This document shows, one piece after another, positions 6,397 through 16,218 of a DNA stretch of 24,002 nt (position 1 is its first letter; the number at the start of each line of letters is the position of its first letter). Below the pieces are notes generated by a model. It was given only the letters and a program-made list of their open reading frames with translations. It did not search any database and was not told the DNA's origin. Source of the stretch: a virus (lineage: Duplodnaviria; Caudoviricetes). A program made the position numbers and the translations under genes. The stretch covers positions 1 to 24,002 of the IMG/VR virus record IMGVR_UViG_3300025648_000085; one strand, written 5' to 3'.

Positions 6397-6803
6397 TTAA
6401 TGCCTATTTGGGCGTTTATCCATTCTTGCAAACTAACTACTTGTTGGGTTGTTTCTGAGCAGGAGCCAGCAAGAACATTGTAGGCGGTGATAACATCAAC
6501 TGACTTGGGGGTAGTGGAAAGTCCTGACACTTGACTGCTGTTACTGTTCCACACGCTTGTAGATTTGTAATAATTCCGCAAAGCAGCAATTTTTGCATCG
6601 TATTCATTGGCGATTCCTTTAGTGACTAAAGCGTGTTGTTTTTGGATTGACTCGACATGGGCTTCTTGTATTTTGGCAATAGCCTCGACTTCTACTTTAA
6701 AATTAACATATTTGTTATGTTGATATTTTCCATAACCAAAACCAGCTAAAGCTATAACGCTTAAACCAGCCATAATCCATGTACTTATAGGCAATGGAAA
6801 CAT
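6393..6803 (-). CDS. Rz: Rz-like inner-membrane spanin
   Basis: N-terminal TM, coiled coil, C-terminal C...LQEWI; contains an embedded lipoprotein gene. Confidence 0.8.
   Translation of the reverse strand: MFPLPISTWIMAGLSVIALAGFGYGKYQHNKYVNFKVEVEAIAKIQEAHVESIQKQHALVTKGIANEYDAKIAALRNYYKSTSVWNSNSSQVSGLSTTPKSVDVITAYNVLAGSCSETTQQVVSLQEWINAQIGIK
6437..6607 (-). CDS. Rz1: Rz1-like outer-membrane lipoprotein spanin embedded in Rz (+1 frame; absent from the ORF track)
   Basis: MNTMQKLLLCGIITNLQAC-GTVTAVKCQDFPLPPSQLMLSPPTMFLLAPAQKQPNK; LQAC lipobox; Pro-rich; AAAGGA 7 nt upstream of the ATG. Confidence 0.8.
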   Translation of the reverse strand: MNTMQKLLLCGIITNLQACGTVTAVKCQDFPLPPSQLMLSPPTMFLLAPAQKQPNK

Positions 6804-7357
6804 TAAACAATCCTTGGTGAAAAAGCAAAAGTAGCAGGGTAATCTTTTATAAGTGCGGTATTGTCAACCCATTGTGTAGGAGTAATAAACCCTGGTTCTA
6901 CGAGGGCCTTGATGTTCCAGCCAAAGTTTAAATATAAACACTTAGAACCTAATTTCTTGTAATAAACCCATTGAAATAGACCATGACCTTTAACAAGGAT
7001 ATGACCAGGTTTTGTAGGGCTACAGTCTAAATCGCCTGAATAGCTCATTCCTGTAGAACCATCAAAGGTTTTTACGGCAAAGCCGTAGAAAGGATTTCTC
7101 CATAACCAATGGCATCTTGACCACCAACTAGGGGGAAATAAATTTTGAAAAGTATGGTCACCATCTAAGCTATTGTCTGGAGTTTGAAACCATGACAAAA
7201 ACTTAAATAATCTTGGCCCATTTCCTTGCTTTGTAGCGTTGTCTAACCAACCTACTTGATTAGACTTAAATAGCACGATTAATGGTGCTAATGGATAAGT
7301 TAACGCTGTGCCAATTAGGTTAATAATGACTAAAAACGGATATAAGATGTAGTTCAT
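6803..7357 (-). CDS. Membrane-anchored protein of unknown function in the lysis cassette
   Basis: N-terminal TM; Trp-rich WFQTPDNSLDGD and WLWRNP motifs; coupled on both sides. Confidence 0.7.
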   Translation of the reverse strand: MNYILYPFLVIINLIGTALTYPLAPLIVLFKSNQVGWLDNATKQGNGPRLFKFLSWFQTPDNSLDGDHTFQNLFPPSWWSRCHWLWRNPFYGFAVKTFDGSTGMSYSGDLDCSPTKPGHILVKGHGLFQWVYYKKLGSKCLYLNFGWNIKALVEPGFITPTQWVDNTALIKDYPATFAFSPRIV

Positions 7358-7539
7358 TCTACAGGCCCAGTAGTAAGAAAACGCAATATAGCCACAATAA
7401 TACCAATGCCAACCAGCAATACGCCATAGTATCTTTCGCTTATAACTGACTGCAAATATGAAAAATTATCAAATAAAGCACCAAAAATAACCAACGCAAG
7501 CGAGAACCACATAGTCCTCGATTGACGCATACGCTTCAT
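7354..7539 (-). CDS. Putative holin, two TM helices (start revised to 7539)
   Basis: MKRMRQSRTMWFSLALVIFG...VLLVGIGIIVAILRFLTT; ATGA overlap with the upstream gene. Confidence 0.65.
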   Translation of the reverse strand: MKRMRQSRTMWFSLALVIFGALFDNFSYLQSVISERYYGVLLVGIGIIVAILRFLTTGPVE

Positions 7540-7757
7540 TTGTGAAATAAAAAACTGGTAATGTAAGTAATAAAACCGCCAACAATAGAAGCGATTGTCA
7601 TCCCCATCCAAAAACCGCCTTTTGACTTATTGGCAAGTTCTAATAATTCTTTAATGTCCCTATCCATTGAGTCCACTTTAGCTTGTAGATTCTCAACTTG
7701 ATTGACCAAGCCACCAAATTTAAACATATCAAAATCGTCAGCCATGTCAATACTCAT
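7536..7757 (-). CDS. Small coiled-coil plus C-terminal TM protein (holin/antiholin-like)
   Basis: VENLQAKVDSMDRDIKELL then KGGFWMGMTIASIVGGFITYI. Confidence 0.65.
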   Translation of the reverse strand: MSIDMADDFDMFKFGGLVNQVENLQAKVDSMDRDIKELLELANKSKGGFWMGMTIASIVGGFITYITSFLFHK

Positions 7758-7921
7758 TTTTTAGGTTTACGGGTAGTTGCTTTTTTAACTGTCTTTTTAA
7801 CAACTTTTTCAAATTCAGGCGCTACATAATCTTTTTGCGTAGCAGGGAAAGGCCATGTAGATTCAACACTTACTTTAGGCATATAGCCTAATCTGTCAAA
7901 TAACCAAGATACGATAAACAT
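7754..7921 (-). CDS. Small protein with Lys-rich tail (start revised to 7921)
   Basis: TAATG overlap at 7921; ends KVVKKTVKKATTRKPKK. Confidence 0.55.
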   Translation of the reverse strand: MFIVSWLFDRLGYMPKVSVESTWPFPATQKDYVAPEFEKVVKKTVKKATTRKPKK

Positions 7922-8292
7922 TAGGCGCTCCATTGTTCTGTAGGTACTGTTGGCCATGTAGGATTAGCTACAGGATATACAGCTAATTGACGAATTGTGC
8001 TTCTATATGATGCAAAAACAGATTGATTCATTAAATAAGGATTAGAAACAGCAGGATTAGCAACATCAGGAATAGTTGTCCAATCTGTTGCAGATAACAA
8101 TGAATTTGCTTTGTTTTTACAAGCATTTAAAGGTGCTTGTTCATCTAATACAAGTTGTTCCGCTACTACAGCTTCTTCAGTAGGCTGTGTAATCTCAGGC
8201 GATAACCATACTAAAGTGCTGTAATCTTCGCCAAAAATACTAAATTGTGCGCTAGGCGCTAATGCCTGTATTGCTTGTGCCATCGTAGCCAT
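7921..8292 (-). CDS. Tail fibre assembly chaperone-like protein (start revised to 8292)
   Basis: LLSATDWT..PD...YR..IRQL...WPTVP motif; follows the tail fibre gene via TAATG overlap. Confidence 0.7.
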   Translation of the reverse strand: MATMAQAIQALAPSAQFSIFGEDYSTLVWLSPEITQPTEEAVVAEQLVLDEQAPLNACKNKANSLLSATDWTTIPDVANPAVSNPYLMNQSVFASYRSTIRQLAVYPVANPTWPTVPTEQWSA

Positions 8293-8957
8293 TACAAAAT
8301 CTCCATCAAAATAATGCAAGAAGAACCAGTATCACCTGAACCAACAGCAACTAAAGCAGAAGAACCGTTTGTGCAACGCTGGCGTACTGTATAAGTAACG
8401 GCAGAAGTTGTTGCAGGACTATCAATCACATTAATTGAGAATGGGTTTCTATTTTCTTGTGATGCGCCCTCAATAGGCAAATACACTTTATTAATACGAT
8501 AGCTACCTGTTACTTCTGCTGTGCCGTTATAAATGTCAATGTTTTGTTCATTGTCATAGTTGTAAATGTAAGCAGAAGAAGAAAAAAGAACTAAGATTTT
8601 GCTAGATGCGCTACTAGGAGTAATAGATGCAGTAACAGAAGTATTAACAAAACTAGCAGAAGTTGTTGTGCTTTGGGCATTAAATGTAGCAACAACAGTC
8701 TGGCGAATCATGCCTGATAGCTGACCTAAAGATACTGCGTCTGTAGATGCTGTGCCATTTGCTAATCCAGTAATCTTATTGTTGCCCATCTGAAGATTGC
8801 CAGTAGCGGTAGTTTGACCGTCAGCAGCTATGCTTCCTGATAATGCGTTTGCAATGTCAGATAGCGTTGTATTAGCCCATGTAGAGCTAATTGTAGTATT
8901 TGTAACTACTGGATTACCCGTAGGTAAGCTATATGTACCGCTACCGTTTCTACTCAT
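8292..8957 (-). CDS. Short tail fibre / receptor-binding protein
   Basis: MSRNGSGTYSLP..NPVV..TTISSTWAN N-terminal anchor, KITGLANGT..TDAV..GQL neck, beta-rich C-terminal domain. Confidence 0.65.
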   Translation of the reverse strand: MSRNGSGTYSLPTGNPVVTNTTISSTWANTTLSDIANALSGSIAADGQTTATGNLQMGNNKITGLANGTASTDAVSLGQLSGMIRQTVVATFNAQSTTTSASFVNTSVTASITPSSASSKILVLFSSSAYIYNYDNEQNIDIYNGTAEVTGSYRINKVYLPIEGASQENRNPFSINVIDSPATTSAVTYTVRQRCTNGSSALVAVGSGDTGSSCIILMEIL

Positions 8958-10623
8958 TTGTTGCTCCTTTGTAGCCAGTTTGCAGGCTTCTAATACTTAA
9001 TAATTTAGCTAAATTTGCTTGGTCAGGCGTCATTTTAGCACCCTGAATTAAGCTATTTTGAACAGGATTAGATAATGCAGCAGCCCTTAAAGCTGGTCTA
9101 GCAGCAACGCCAGCAATAGCCATAGGGTTAGTTAATAATGCTGCCAATCCACCCAATCCATAATCTATAGGACTAATTTGTGGCAAGCTACCCATTTTTT
9201 CTGTAACTTGAGAAGCCTTTGGAAATTGACTAGCAAACTCAGCTACAGTTTTTAATTCTTCTGATAATGGTTTACCACGCTTTAATTGGGCAGCTAATTG
9301 TCTTGAATCTACTGTTCCTGAAGCTGGATTTAAAGCCTTTTCTACAGAATAAGATTTAGCAATTAATTGTCTTGCATCACGAAATTCTTTAAGCAAAGAA
9401 ATATCATTAGTATCTTTTAAATGTTTTTCAATGGTATTTTCAAGCAAGGCAGCAGCATCTTTACTAGCTTTTCCTAAATCTGTATCTCCTGAAGCATAAG
9501 CCTTATTAGCTGTATTTCTTAAATCACTAATCTTAGCAATAACAGCAGAAGAATCAAAAGATGGGGATTTTAAAGAATCTATTAATGCAACAACAGGACT
9601 AGCGGGAGCATTAGGGAAGCCTTCTTGTGCTTTTAATGCTTTACCAGCAATCTTATTAAGTCCTTCTGTATATTCTTTTCCTGGGGTAATTTTGCCAATA
9701 TTTTCCAATTTAGCATAAGATTCACCAGCAGTTTGACGCAATCCTTTTAATACTTCGGGAAGGATAACTTCATCTTCAGGAAGTCCCAAAGACTTTGCTA
9801 CTAACTTATGGGTAATTTCTTGGTTTCTTGCACTAGCATTTTGAGCAGTAGTAATCTTTCCTGCTACACCTTCCATTAAACGATTGGCAATATCACCTCT
9901 TGCTTGTGTAGGGGGAATTACATATCCTACATCTCTAGCTTTTTGTACAGCACCAGCCATTTGTGCTGGTTGCTCTGGCCCACGCAATATTCCTGCTAAC
10001 TTTTGAAATGGAGTTATTGCTGCGCCAATAGTAGCTCCAATACCGCCTTGTTTTACTTGTTCTTTATATAATTCTTGACCTGTTTTACCTGTTTCTTCAG
10101 GTGTTAACATTCCAGAAATACCACCTAAAGCAGCATTTTGCATTAATGGTGCAGATTTAGCAAAAGAAGGAATAGCGCCTATAGCACTACCACCAGCCAT
10201 TGCAGGCGCAATCATTCCAGCTATTCTACCTGCGCCATAAGATATAGGATTAGCTTCTTGATAAGCACTAGCTTGTTGCCCTAATCTTTGGGCTAATTGA
10301 CTTGTTCCTAAATTACCACCTGTTGCTAGTTGAGAAGCAGCAACAGGCACATCTACCATTGATTTAGTAAGTCCAGCCATTGCAGACTCTAATGGGCGTG
10401 GTTCTGGCTGTACATTAGTACGATTAACTAATAATGGTTTACCAGTAGCAGCACCACCACCAGTTTCACCAAATTGTGCAGCAGGAGCAGCAGAAACTTC
10501 TACACTAGCTTTAGGCTGATATAGTTTTTGTGCTTGTGCAATAACATCTTCTTGTGAAGCACCAGCAGGGCCTTCTAATGTAATTTCTTTACCATCAGGA
10601 GCTTGTACTGTGTATTGAGTCAT
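8950..10623 (-). CDS. Probable internal virion / DNA ejection protein
   Basis: 557 aa, Ala/Gly-rich with hydrophobic segments; last of a series after the tail genes. Confidence 0.55.
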   Translation of the reverse strand: MTQYTVQAPDGKEITLEGPAGASQEDVIAQAQKLYQPKASVEVSAAPAAQFGETGGGAATGKPLLVNRTNVQPEPRPLESAMAGLTKSMVDVPVAASQLATGGNLGTSQLAQRLGQQASAYQEANPISYGAGRIAGMIAPAMAGGSAIGAIPSFAKSAPLMQNAALGGISGMLTPEETGKTGQELYKEQVKQGGIGATIGAAITPFQKLAGILRGPEQPAQMAGAVQKARDVGYVIPPTQARGDIANRLMEGVAGKITTAQNASARNQEITHKLVAKSLGLPEDEVILPEVLKGLRQTAGESYAKLENIGKITPGKEYTEGLNKIAGKALKAQEGFPNAPASPVVALIDSLKSPSFDSSAVIAKISDLRNTANKAYASGDTDLGKASKDAAALLENTIEKHLKDTNDISLLKEFRDARQLIAKSYSVEKALNPASGTVDSRQLAAQLKRGKPLSEELKTVAEFASQFPKASQVTEKMGSLPQISPIDYGLGGLAALLTNPMAIAGVAARPALRAAALSNPVQNSLIQGAKMTPDQANLAKLLSIRSLQTGYKGATNE

Positions 10624-11807
10624 TATTTAACACCTATTACAGACCAACCATTAGCTGATGGAATATTAAGTTGTTGATTAGCATTAGGTTGTACTTGTTG
10701 TACTTGTTGTGGGGCTTGCCTTGGTGGCATTTGATTAACTGCAAAATAAGGGGCCATTTGAGCAGTAGCAGGGTCTTTAGACATAATTTGTAATTTAGTC
10801 TGGTAATTATTATAAGTAAACTCTCCAGCCCTTTTAGCAGCATTAGCAAGTTGCTTTAATTCACCAGGAGTAAGGCTTATATCTCCTGATTTAGCCCTTT
10901 CAGCCAATTTGCCTTCAGATTCAGTAATAGCGCCTTGACCGTGCATTTCTTGACGACCTTGCAATGTAATCTCAGCAAGTCCTTGAATAGCGGCACGAGT
11001 ATTATTAATTTTTTGTGTCAAATCACCAGAAGCACCACCAAATGTAGTGCCTAATTGTGCAATACTTAATTTTTGATTAGCCAAAGGCCCAGTAAACAAT
11101 TTATTAGTATCCAAAGCATTAATAACTTGATTTGCAGCATCTATACCTTTAACAGCGCTAGTAGCTTGTAATTGACCTTCTTTCATCATTGGGCCAACTT
11201 GTGCGGCAATACCTTTATCCATACTTACGCTTACATTAGAAGCACCAGCACGCTTTAATTGTTGTTCATAATCAAAAAAACTACCAGGGAAACCTTGTGA
11301 CTTAGCCATTTCATACCCACGAATAGCCTCAGTTTTCTTTTCTCCACCTTGCGCCATAGGCTCAAATTGACCTGTACCAAAATTCATGCGACTTATTGTT
11401 TCGCCTTCGCCTAATTTTTGTGGCTTTAAAAACTCTGTTGCAGCAGATTTTAAATAACTTGGAGCGTATTGACTTGTTGCTGCGGCAAACTGTTCTTGTG
11501 GCGTTTTTGCAGATGTATAAGCATTAACAGCTTCACCTTCTTTTTGTCTTACAAGTTTTGCAAGTTCTAATTGTTTGTTTTCTGCTTGTTTTTGACCATA
11601 CAAACCTGCTGCTGTTTGCAATAGGTTATTAACACCTTGTAATGGGCTAGGCTTTACATAGCGACCACTAATCATTTGACCTTGTGGCTGTTGTTGACCT
11701 TGTTGCAAAAGCATTTGCGCTAATGCTTGCTGGCGATTTAAGCCTACAAGTTCTTCTGCATAAGGGTTTTGTAATGCTGTTAAATCAGCGCTTGTAATAT
11801 CAGCCAT
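10623..11807 (-). CDS. Probable internal virion / DNA ejection protein
   Basis: 394 aa, Gln/Ala-rich helical; GQMISGRYV motif; position in module. Confidence 0.55.
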   Translation of the reverse strand: MADITSADLTALQNPYAEELVGLNRQQALAQMLLQQGQQQPQGQMISGRYVKPSPLQGVNNLLQTAAGLYGQKQAENKQLELAKLVRQKEGEAVNAYTSAKTPQEQFAAATSQYAPSYLKSAATEFLKPQKLGEGETISRMNFGTGQFEPMAQGGEKKTEAIRGYEMAKSQGFPGSFFDYEQQLKRAGASNVSVSMDKGIAAQVGPMMKEGQLQATSAVKGIDAANQVINALDTNKLFTGPLANQKLSIAQLGTTFGGASGDLTQKINNTRAAIQGLAEITLQGRQEMHGQGAITESEGKLAERAKSGDISLTPGELKQLANAAKRAGEFTYNNYQTKLQIMSKDPATAQMAPYFAVNQMPPRQAPQQVQQVQPNANQQLNIPSANGWSVIGVK

Positions 11808-12687
11808 TTTGACCTCTTAACAAATTAATTAATGATGCTGTTGTTGTGTCAGGTACAGTATTTTGTTGTGATGTGCTTAAATATGGATTTTGACGCTGAT
11901 AAGCAGTCATGCCACCAGTTCCACCCGCCATTGTGCTATAACCGCCACCACCTGTGCCACCTGTCATTTTGCCTAATGAATTTACACCCATACGCAATAA
12001 TTGGGCTTTTTGCAATGCGCTTAAACCAGCAGTTGTACCAGACCCTAATCCAAGACCCGCAGCCGCTTCAGTTGCAGCAATGCCAGCAGGAGAAGCCGCA
12101 CCACCTAAAGCACCAAATGTGCTACCAGCAGCAGGATAAGTTAATGACCCAAAAGTTCCAGTAGAAGCAGCAGGGTTTATACCAAAGCCACTTGAAGCAC
12201 CACCAGCAGCACCTTCACCAGCCAATGCACTAGCACCATAAGCACCGCCTAAAACAGTACCAGCAAGAGTTAATGCACCAGCAGGCGTTGTAGCCCAGTC
12301 TGTAAAGTTACTACTTTGTTTTCTATCAACTGGAGTGTTAGAAAGCGCCCCAGTTTTAGGGTCTATTTGATACTCATAAGCACCAGTAATAGGTACATTT
12401 TGACCATTAAGATTATAAGTTTGGTCTAATGGGCCAAGAGCTAAATATTGTTCATTATTCATTCCTGAGCGAATTGCATCAGGATGTGCAGCATATTGTT
12501 GTTGATACCAAGATTGTGTTGGGGTATATCCTACAGATTTACCTGTAGAATCTACAGTAACAGTACCACCACTAGCATCTTTGTATTGGTATGTTGTATC
12601 GCCATTGACATCAGTCATGCCACCAGCAGCGCTTAATTCATCAAGCGATGGTGCAGAACTTCTGAGTGAGGATGCTAAATCAGCCAT
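11800..12687 (-). CDS. Probable internal virion protein, Gly/Ala-rich
   Basis: 295 aa with potential membrane-inserting GALTLAGTVLGGAYGASALAG. Confidence 0.5.
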   Translation of the reverse strand: MADLASSLRSSAPSLDELSAAGGMTDVNGDTTYQYKDASGGTVTVDSTGKSVGYTPTQSWYQQQYAAHPDAIRSGMNNEQYLALGPLDQTYNLNGQNVPITGAYEYQIDPKTGALSNTPVDRKQSSNFTDWATTPAGALTLAGTVLGGAYGASALAGEGAAGGASSGFGINPAASTGTFGSLTYPAAGSTFGALGGAASPAGIAATEAAAGLGLGSGTTAGLSALQKAQLLRMGVNSLGKMTGGTGGGGYSTMAGGTGGMTAYQRQNPYLSTSQQNTVPDTTTASLINLLRGQNG

Positions 12688-12688
12688 A

Positions 12689-13462
12689 TTAACTTAATGC
12701 GTAAGCCGTTAAAGCTGTGCCGCCTAAACCAAACAAACCATTTTGCAAATTAGCAGAAGAAGCATTTTGCATATTTTGGTTAGAAATAGCGTTTTGATTA
12801 GATAGACCAGCACCACCTAAATAATCAGGCCCAGCAACAGCAGCTTGAGTGTATGGGTTTACATAATTAGGTGTTGATAAAGACTTAATATTAGCCGCAG
12901 TTTGATTTTGTGCTTGAGTTGCTTGTAAACCTGTTTGCATACCACCCACAATAGCGCTTGTTCTGGCATCGTTTTGTGTTTGACCAAGCAATGTTTTAGC
13001 ACGATTATAGGCTTCTGAACCAGGCATAATTCCTTGATTTGCTAATTGCACATCAGATGATTCTGATTGATGTTGTTGTTGCGGTGCAAGGCGTTGCATA
13101 ATAGCGTCAGAATAAGTTTGTCCTGGATTAATACCATACATAGGATTTGCTTGACTTGCTTGCAAACCAGCTAATGATGAATTAGTTAAATCTTGTAATG
13201 GCTGGCTTAAAGATTGATTTGCTGTCCATACTGGATTGCCATTAGCATCTGTGCTTTGACTATAGTTTAAAGAACCATAAGGCGTATTTTGATTAACTCT
13301 ATTAGCAGAGGTAGCGTATTGTGCGCCAGCTTGATTACCTAATGCTGTGTTATATGCTGCATTAGACCAAGGGTCTTGAGTGTTATAAGGGTTTCCAAAT
13401 GGAGATTGTGTACCACCACCCCAAGATAAACCTAAGCCATTTAATCCTGTATTTGTTGCCAT
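12689..13462 (-). CDS. Probable DNA transfer/pilot protein (P22 gp7-like position)
   Basis: NRVNQNTPYGSL motif, LANQGI.PGSEAY, Q/N-rich, C-terminal GLFGLGGTAL. Confidence 0.55.
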   Translation of the reverse strand: MATNTGLNGLGLSWGGGTQSPFGNPYNTQDPWSNAAYNTALGNQAGAQYATSANRVNQNTPYGSLNYSQSTDANGNPVWTANQSLSQPLQDLTNSSLAGLQASQANPMYGINPGQTYSDAIMQRLAPQQQHQSESSDVQLANQGIMPGSEAYNRAKTLLGQTQNDARTSAIVGGMQTGLQATQAQNQTAANIKSLSTPNYVNPYTQAAVAGPDYLGGAGLSNQNAISNQNMQNASSANLQNGLFGLGGTALTAYALS

Positions 13463-13542
13463 GTTAATTCCTCAAAGTTTTTTGACTATAACCAAGGAAT
13501 CGGCTGAACCAATTATAACTTGATTTATAGCTTATTTCTTAA

Positions 13543-15303
13543 TTAAAGCACACCGCCTTTTTCCATCACATAGTCTGTTGATACCCAATGCACATCAATT
13601 CCTTGTGAAGCCATACTCATATTAATACCAGCCGAGAATCCTAAGCCTGTAACTCCTTGCCAAATACGGTTAATACTAAGGTTTCCACCCCATGTATTAG
13701 CATCCCATTTGGCATTATCCCAAGTGCCTAAATCAGTACTAGCAGGGTTAAATGCAATTTGTCCTAATTGGTTTTGATAATCAAAATCGACATTAATACC
13801 ACATAAAACGCTTGGAAAACCATTATCTGTTTGAATAATAGGGCGCACTAATGTATAGCGTTTTAACTGTCCTGGTGCATCAAAATAGCTATAAGCCTGT
13901 TGTACTGAAGCATTAATATTTGCGCCATCATCGCTATAGCCATTCCAAAATTGACCTACATAGCCATTCCCACCAAAAAATAGGTTATCGTAGCTTAATT
14001 CAAAGCAAGTAGCGTTAATTCCAGTAAAACTACACCATGCTTTAGAGATAGTGTGCATGACATATTGCTGTATTCCTTCATCTGAAGGCACATTAATAAG
14101 CAACATATTAGGACTAGCAAAATATATTATTTGCCAACCAAAATTAGCAGAATAAAGGCTAATTTCTCTTGAAATTTCAAAATAAATCTTATCTGTAATG
14201 TTAACTCTAGGGTCTAATCTGCTAGATTGAAGTGCAGAAGCGAGTGGTACTAAACCATCTTGAGTAAGCAATAAAAGGTCACCAGCCCATTTTAAAAAGC
14301 ATCTGCGACTAAATGTTTGTCCTAATTGCCAAACACCTTTTAATGCCCAAGCGGCAGGGTCAGAAGGGTCTGTGCCGTTATAAACAATGACTTCACCGTT
14401 ATTAGTTACAAACACAGCATAGTCATCAACACCTTGTCCAGCATCAATAGTCCATGTACCCATTGCTTGAATGTAGCCACCCATACGGGCAATACCACCA
14501 AAATCAAGTGATAAAGCAGCGCCACCAATAGCATCAGTAGGTAAATACCATACTTTCATGCTGTTTTTCTCGGTGTAATACAAGCGATGTTTAAACAAGT
14601 TTACATTGATAAGATTTTTAGAATCCACACCAGTAATGTATAACGCAACGGTATATGTTCCTACTACAGTAGCATTAGCCACAGGAGTAGTTAACATTGT
14701 GTATGTTAGCGTTGTAGTGCCTGTTACTGTAACAATAAATGTGCCGTTATAGTCGCTTGATGTAGCACCTGTTACTGTAATTTGATTTCCTGTTGCTAGA
14801 CCATGTGCTGAGGCTGTAGTCATTGTTGCTACTGCGCCCACATGGGTAATAGTGCTAATTGTCTGGGCAGTTGATGTATTAGCTGTTGTAATCCAAGTTG
14901 TGCCGTTATAGACTAAATTAGCGTCTGTACCATTTACGGCTGTTAAATAATGCCCACCAATGTTGGACATATTGACATATTGAAACTTGTCGCTTGTAAG
15001 GCTAGTTACTACTTGTGTAGCAGTAGAGGTATCAGCGTTATATATCTTTGTGCCTGCTGCTGCAAATAGCTTTTGAGTAGTTGGCCCTGCATAGTTCATT
15101 AAAGTATTAACTTGACCTGTTATGCCTGTTGAATACTTTGTATATCCTAGTCTTAACTGAACATCAGTAGGAGTAGGATAAAAGTTGTTAAGTGTTACAG
15201 CATCAGTAGCAGGCATTTGGGCAATAGAATCCCTAGCGTTCCACCCACCTATAGGCGCTGTAATTGAAGCAGTTGTAGCAGAATTTGGTTTAGCTGTTGC
15301 CAT
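13543..15303 (-). CDS. Tail hub/nozzle protein (P22 gp10 or T7 gp12-like)
   Basis: 586 aa beta-rich; APIGGWNARDS N-terminus; WD..WD..W repeat; follows the adaptor gene. Confidence 0.65.
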   Translation of the reverse strand: MATAKPNSATTASITAPIGGWNARDSIAQMPATDAVTLNNFYPTPTDVQLRLGYTKYSTGITGQVNTLMNYAGPTTQKLFAAAGTKIYNADTSTATQVVTSLTSDKFQYVNMSNIGGHYLTAVNGTDANLVYNGTTWITTANTSTAQTISTITHVGAVATMTTASAHGLATGNQITVTGATSSDYNGTFIVTVTGTTTLTYTMLTTPVANATVVGTYTVALYITGVDSKNLINVNLFKHRLYYTEKNSMKVWYLPTDAIGGAALSLDFGGIARMGGYIQAMGTWTIDAGQGVDDYAVFVTNNGEVIVYNGTDPSDPAAWALKGVWQLGQTFSRRCFLKWAGDLLLLTQDGLVPLASALQSSRLDPRVNITDKIYFEISREISLYSANFGWQIIYFASPNMLLINVPSDEGIQQYVMHTISKAWCSFTGINATCFELSYDNLFFGGNGYVGQFWNGYSDDGANINASVQQAYSYFDAPGQLKRYTLVRPIIQTDNGFPSVLCGINVDFDYQNQLGQIAFNPASTDLGTWDNAKWDANTWGGNLSINRIWQGVTGLGFSAGINMSMASQGIDVHWVSTDYVMEKGGVL

Positions 15304-15305
15304 AT

Positions 15306-16217
15306 TTAGCTACCATAGCCAGTATCAGGTATATTGGCATAACCAATAAGAACCTTAGAAGGATAAGGTGCAAATGACAGATTAGGCGCACCTTTGTCAT
15401 TAGCTTTAGCTATGTTTAAGTAACGGAAATAGTCTTGTTGCAGCGCAGTAGTATCAAACGATTTTACTTGGAAATATTTGAGTTTTGTATAAAGCACTAA
15501 AACACGATTATCAAATACAGTCGTATCAGAGTCTAATGTAAAGCTGTTTTTAACAGCATTTGCAGCACTTCTAGCCCAACCTTTACTGCGATATTCCCAT
15601 CCTAAATACTCTTGGGTATTCATAATAGGCCATATTTGGAATTGATTATCCAATATGCGCCATCTAACTCTAGGGCCAGTTGAGATATAACCAGACTTTA
15701 GCCATTGCCATTGTTGGGCATCTTCAGGCCCTAACATTTCCCAATGTTTGGATTTATCCCATTGAGTTCTATCGGTAATCGTTTCAAAGTCATCAGGCAA
15801 ATCATAAGCTGTTTGGGCAAGAACTACTGATTGTGTACCACTTCCAGAGGCAACTTGACTCATTACTACTTGTTTTGTGTTGTTATCTGCTGATACTACA
15901 TAAGTATCTTGTGGGATGTTATACCCTGATAATTGCCATTGGCTTGTAACAAGAGAGATATTAGTAGCAGGTGCTACAGTCAATGTAGTAGAACCATTGA
16001 CCGTAGTTGCGTTAGCTGTAATAGATTGAGTGTAAAAGCGATATTGGACTTGTAATGCTTGCCAATCGTGCTCTTTTAATAAGTCATAACCAGCCCCATT
16101 CATCAATGCCAAGATTTGTTGCGTATCTTGAGAAGGATTACCTGCAACATAAGTAGGCACAGCGAGGTTTAACTCGGCAGATACCTGTTGCACAAGTTGG
16201 AGCATGGTTGATGACAT
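15306..16217 (-). CDS. Head-tail adaptor (tail tubular protein A-like)
   Basis: TMLQLVQQV..EL, HDWQAL and YDLPDDF motifs. Confidence 0.65.
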   Translation of the reverse strand: MSSTMLQLVQQVSAELNLAVPTYVAGNPSQDTQQILALMNGAGYDLLKEHDWQALQVQYRFYTQSITANATTVNGSTTLTVAPATNISLVTSQWQLSGYNIPQDTYVVSADNNTKQVVMSQVASGSGTQSVVLAQTAYDLPDDFETITDRTQWDKSKHWEMLGPEDAQQWQWLKSGYISTGPRVRWRILDNQFQIWPIMNTQEYLGWEYRSKGWARSAANAVKNSFTLDSDTTVFDNRVLVLYTKLKYFQVKSFDTTALQQDYFRYLNIAKANDKGAPNLSFAPYPSKVLIGYANIPDTGYGS

Positions 16218-16218
16218 A

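Noticed and set aside
13463-13542. Internal promoter or hairpin before the ejection genes
   Set aside because: A TATAAT is present on the minus strand, but there is no -35 or extended -10 and only weak G-U-rich pairing
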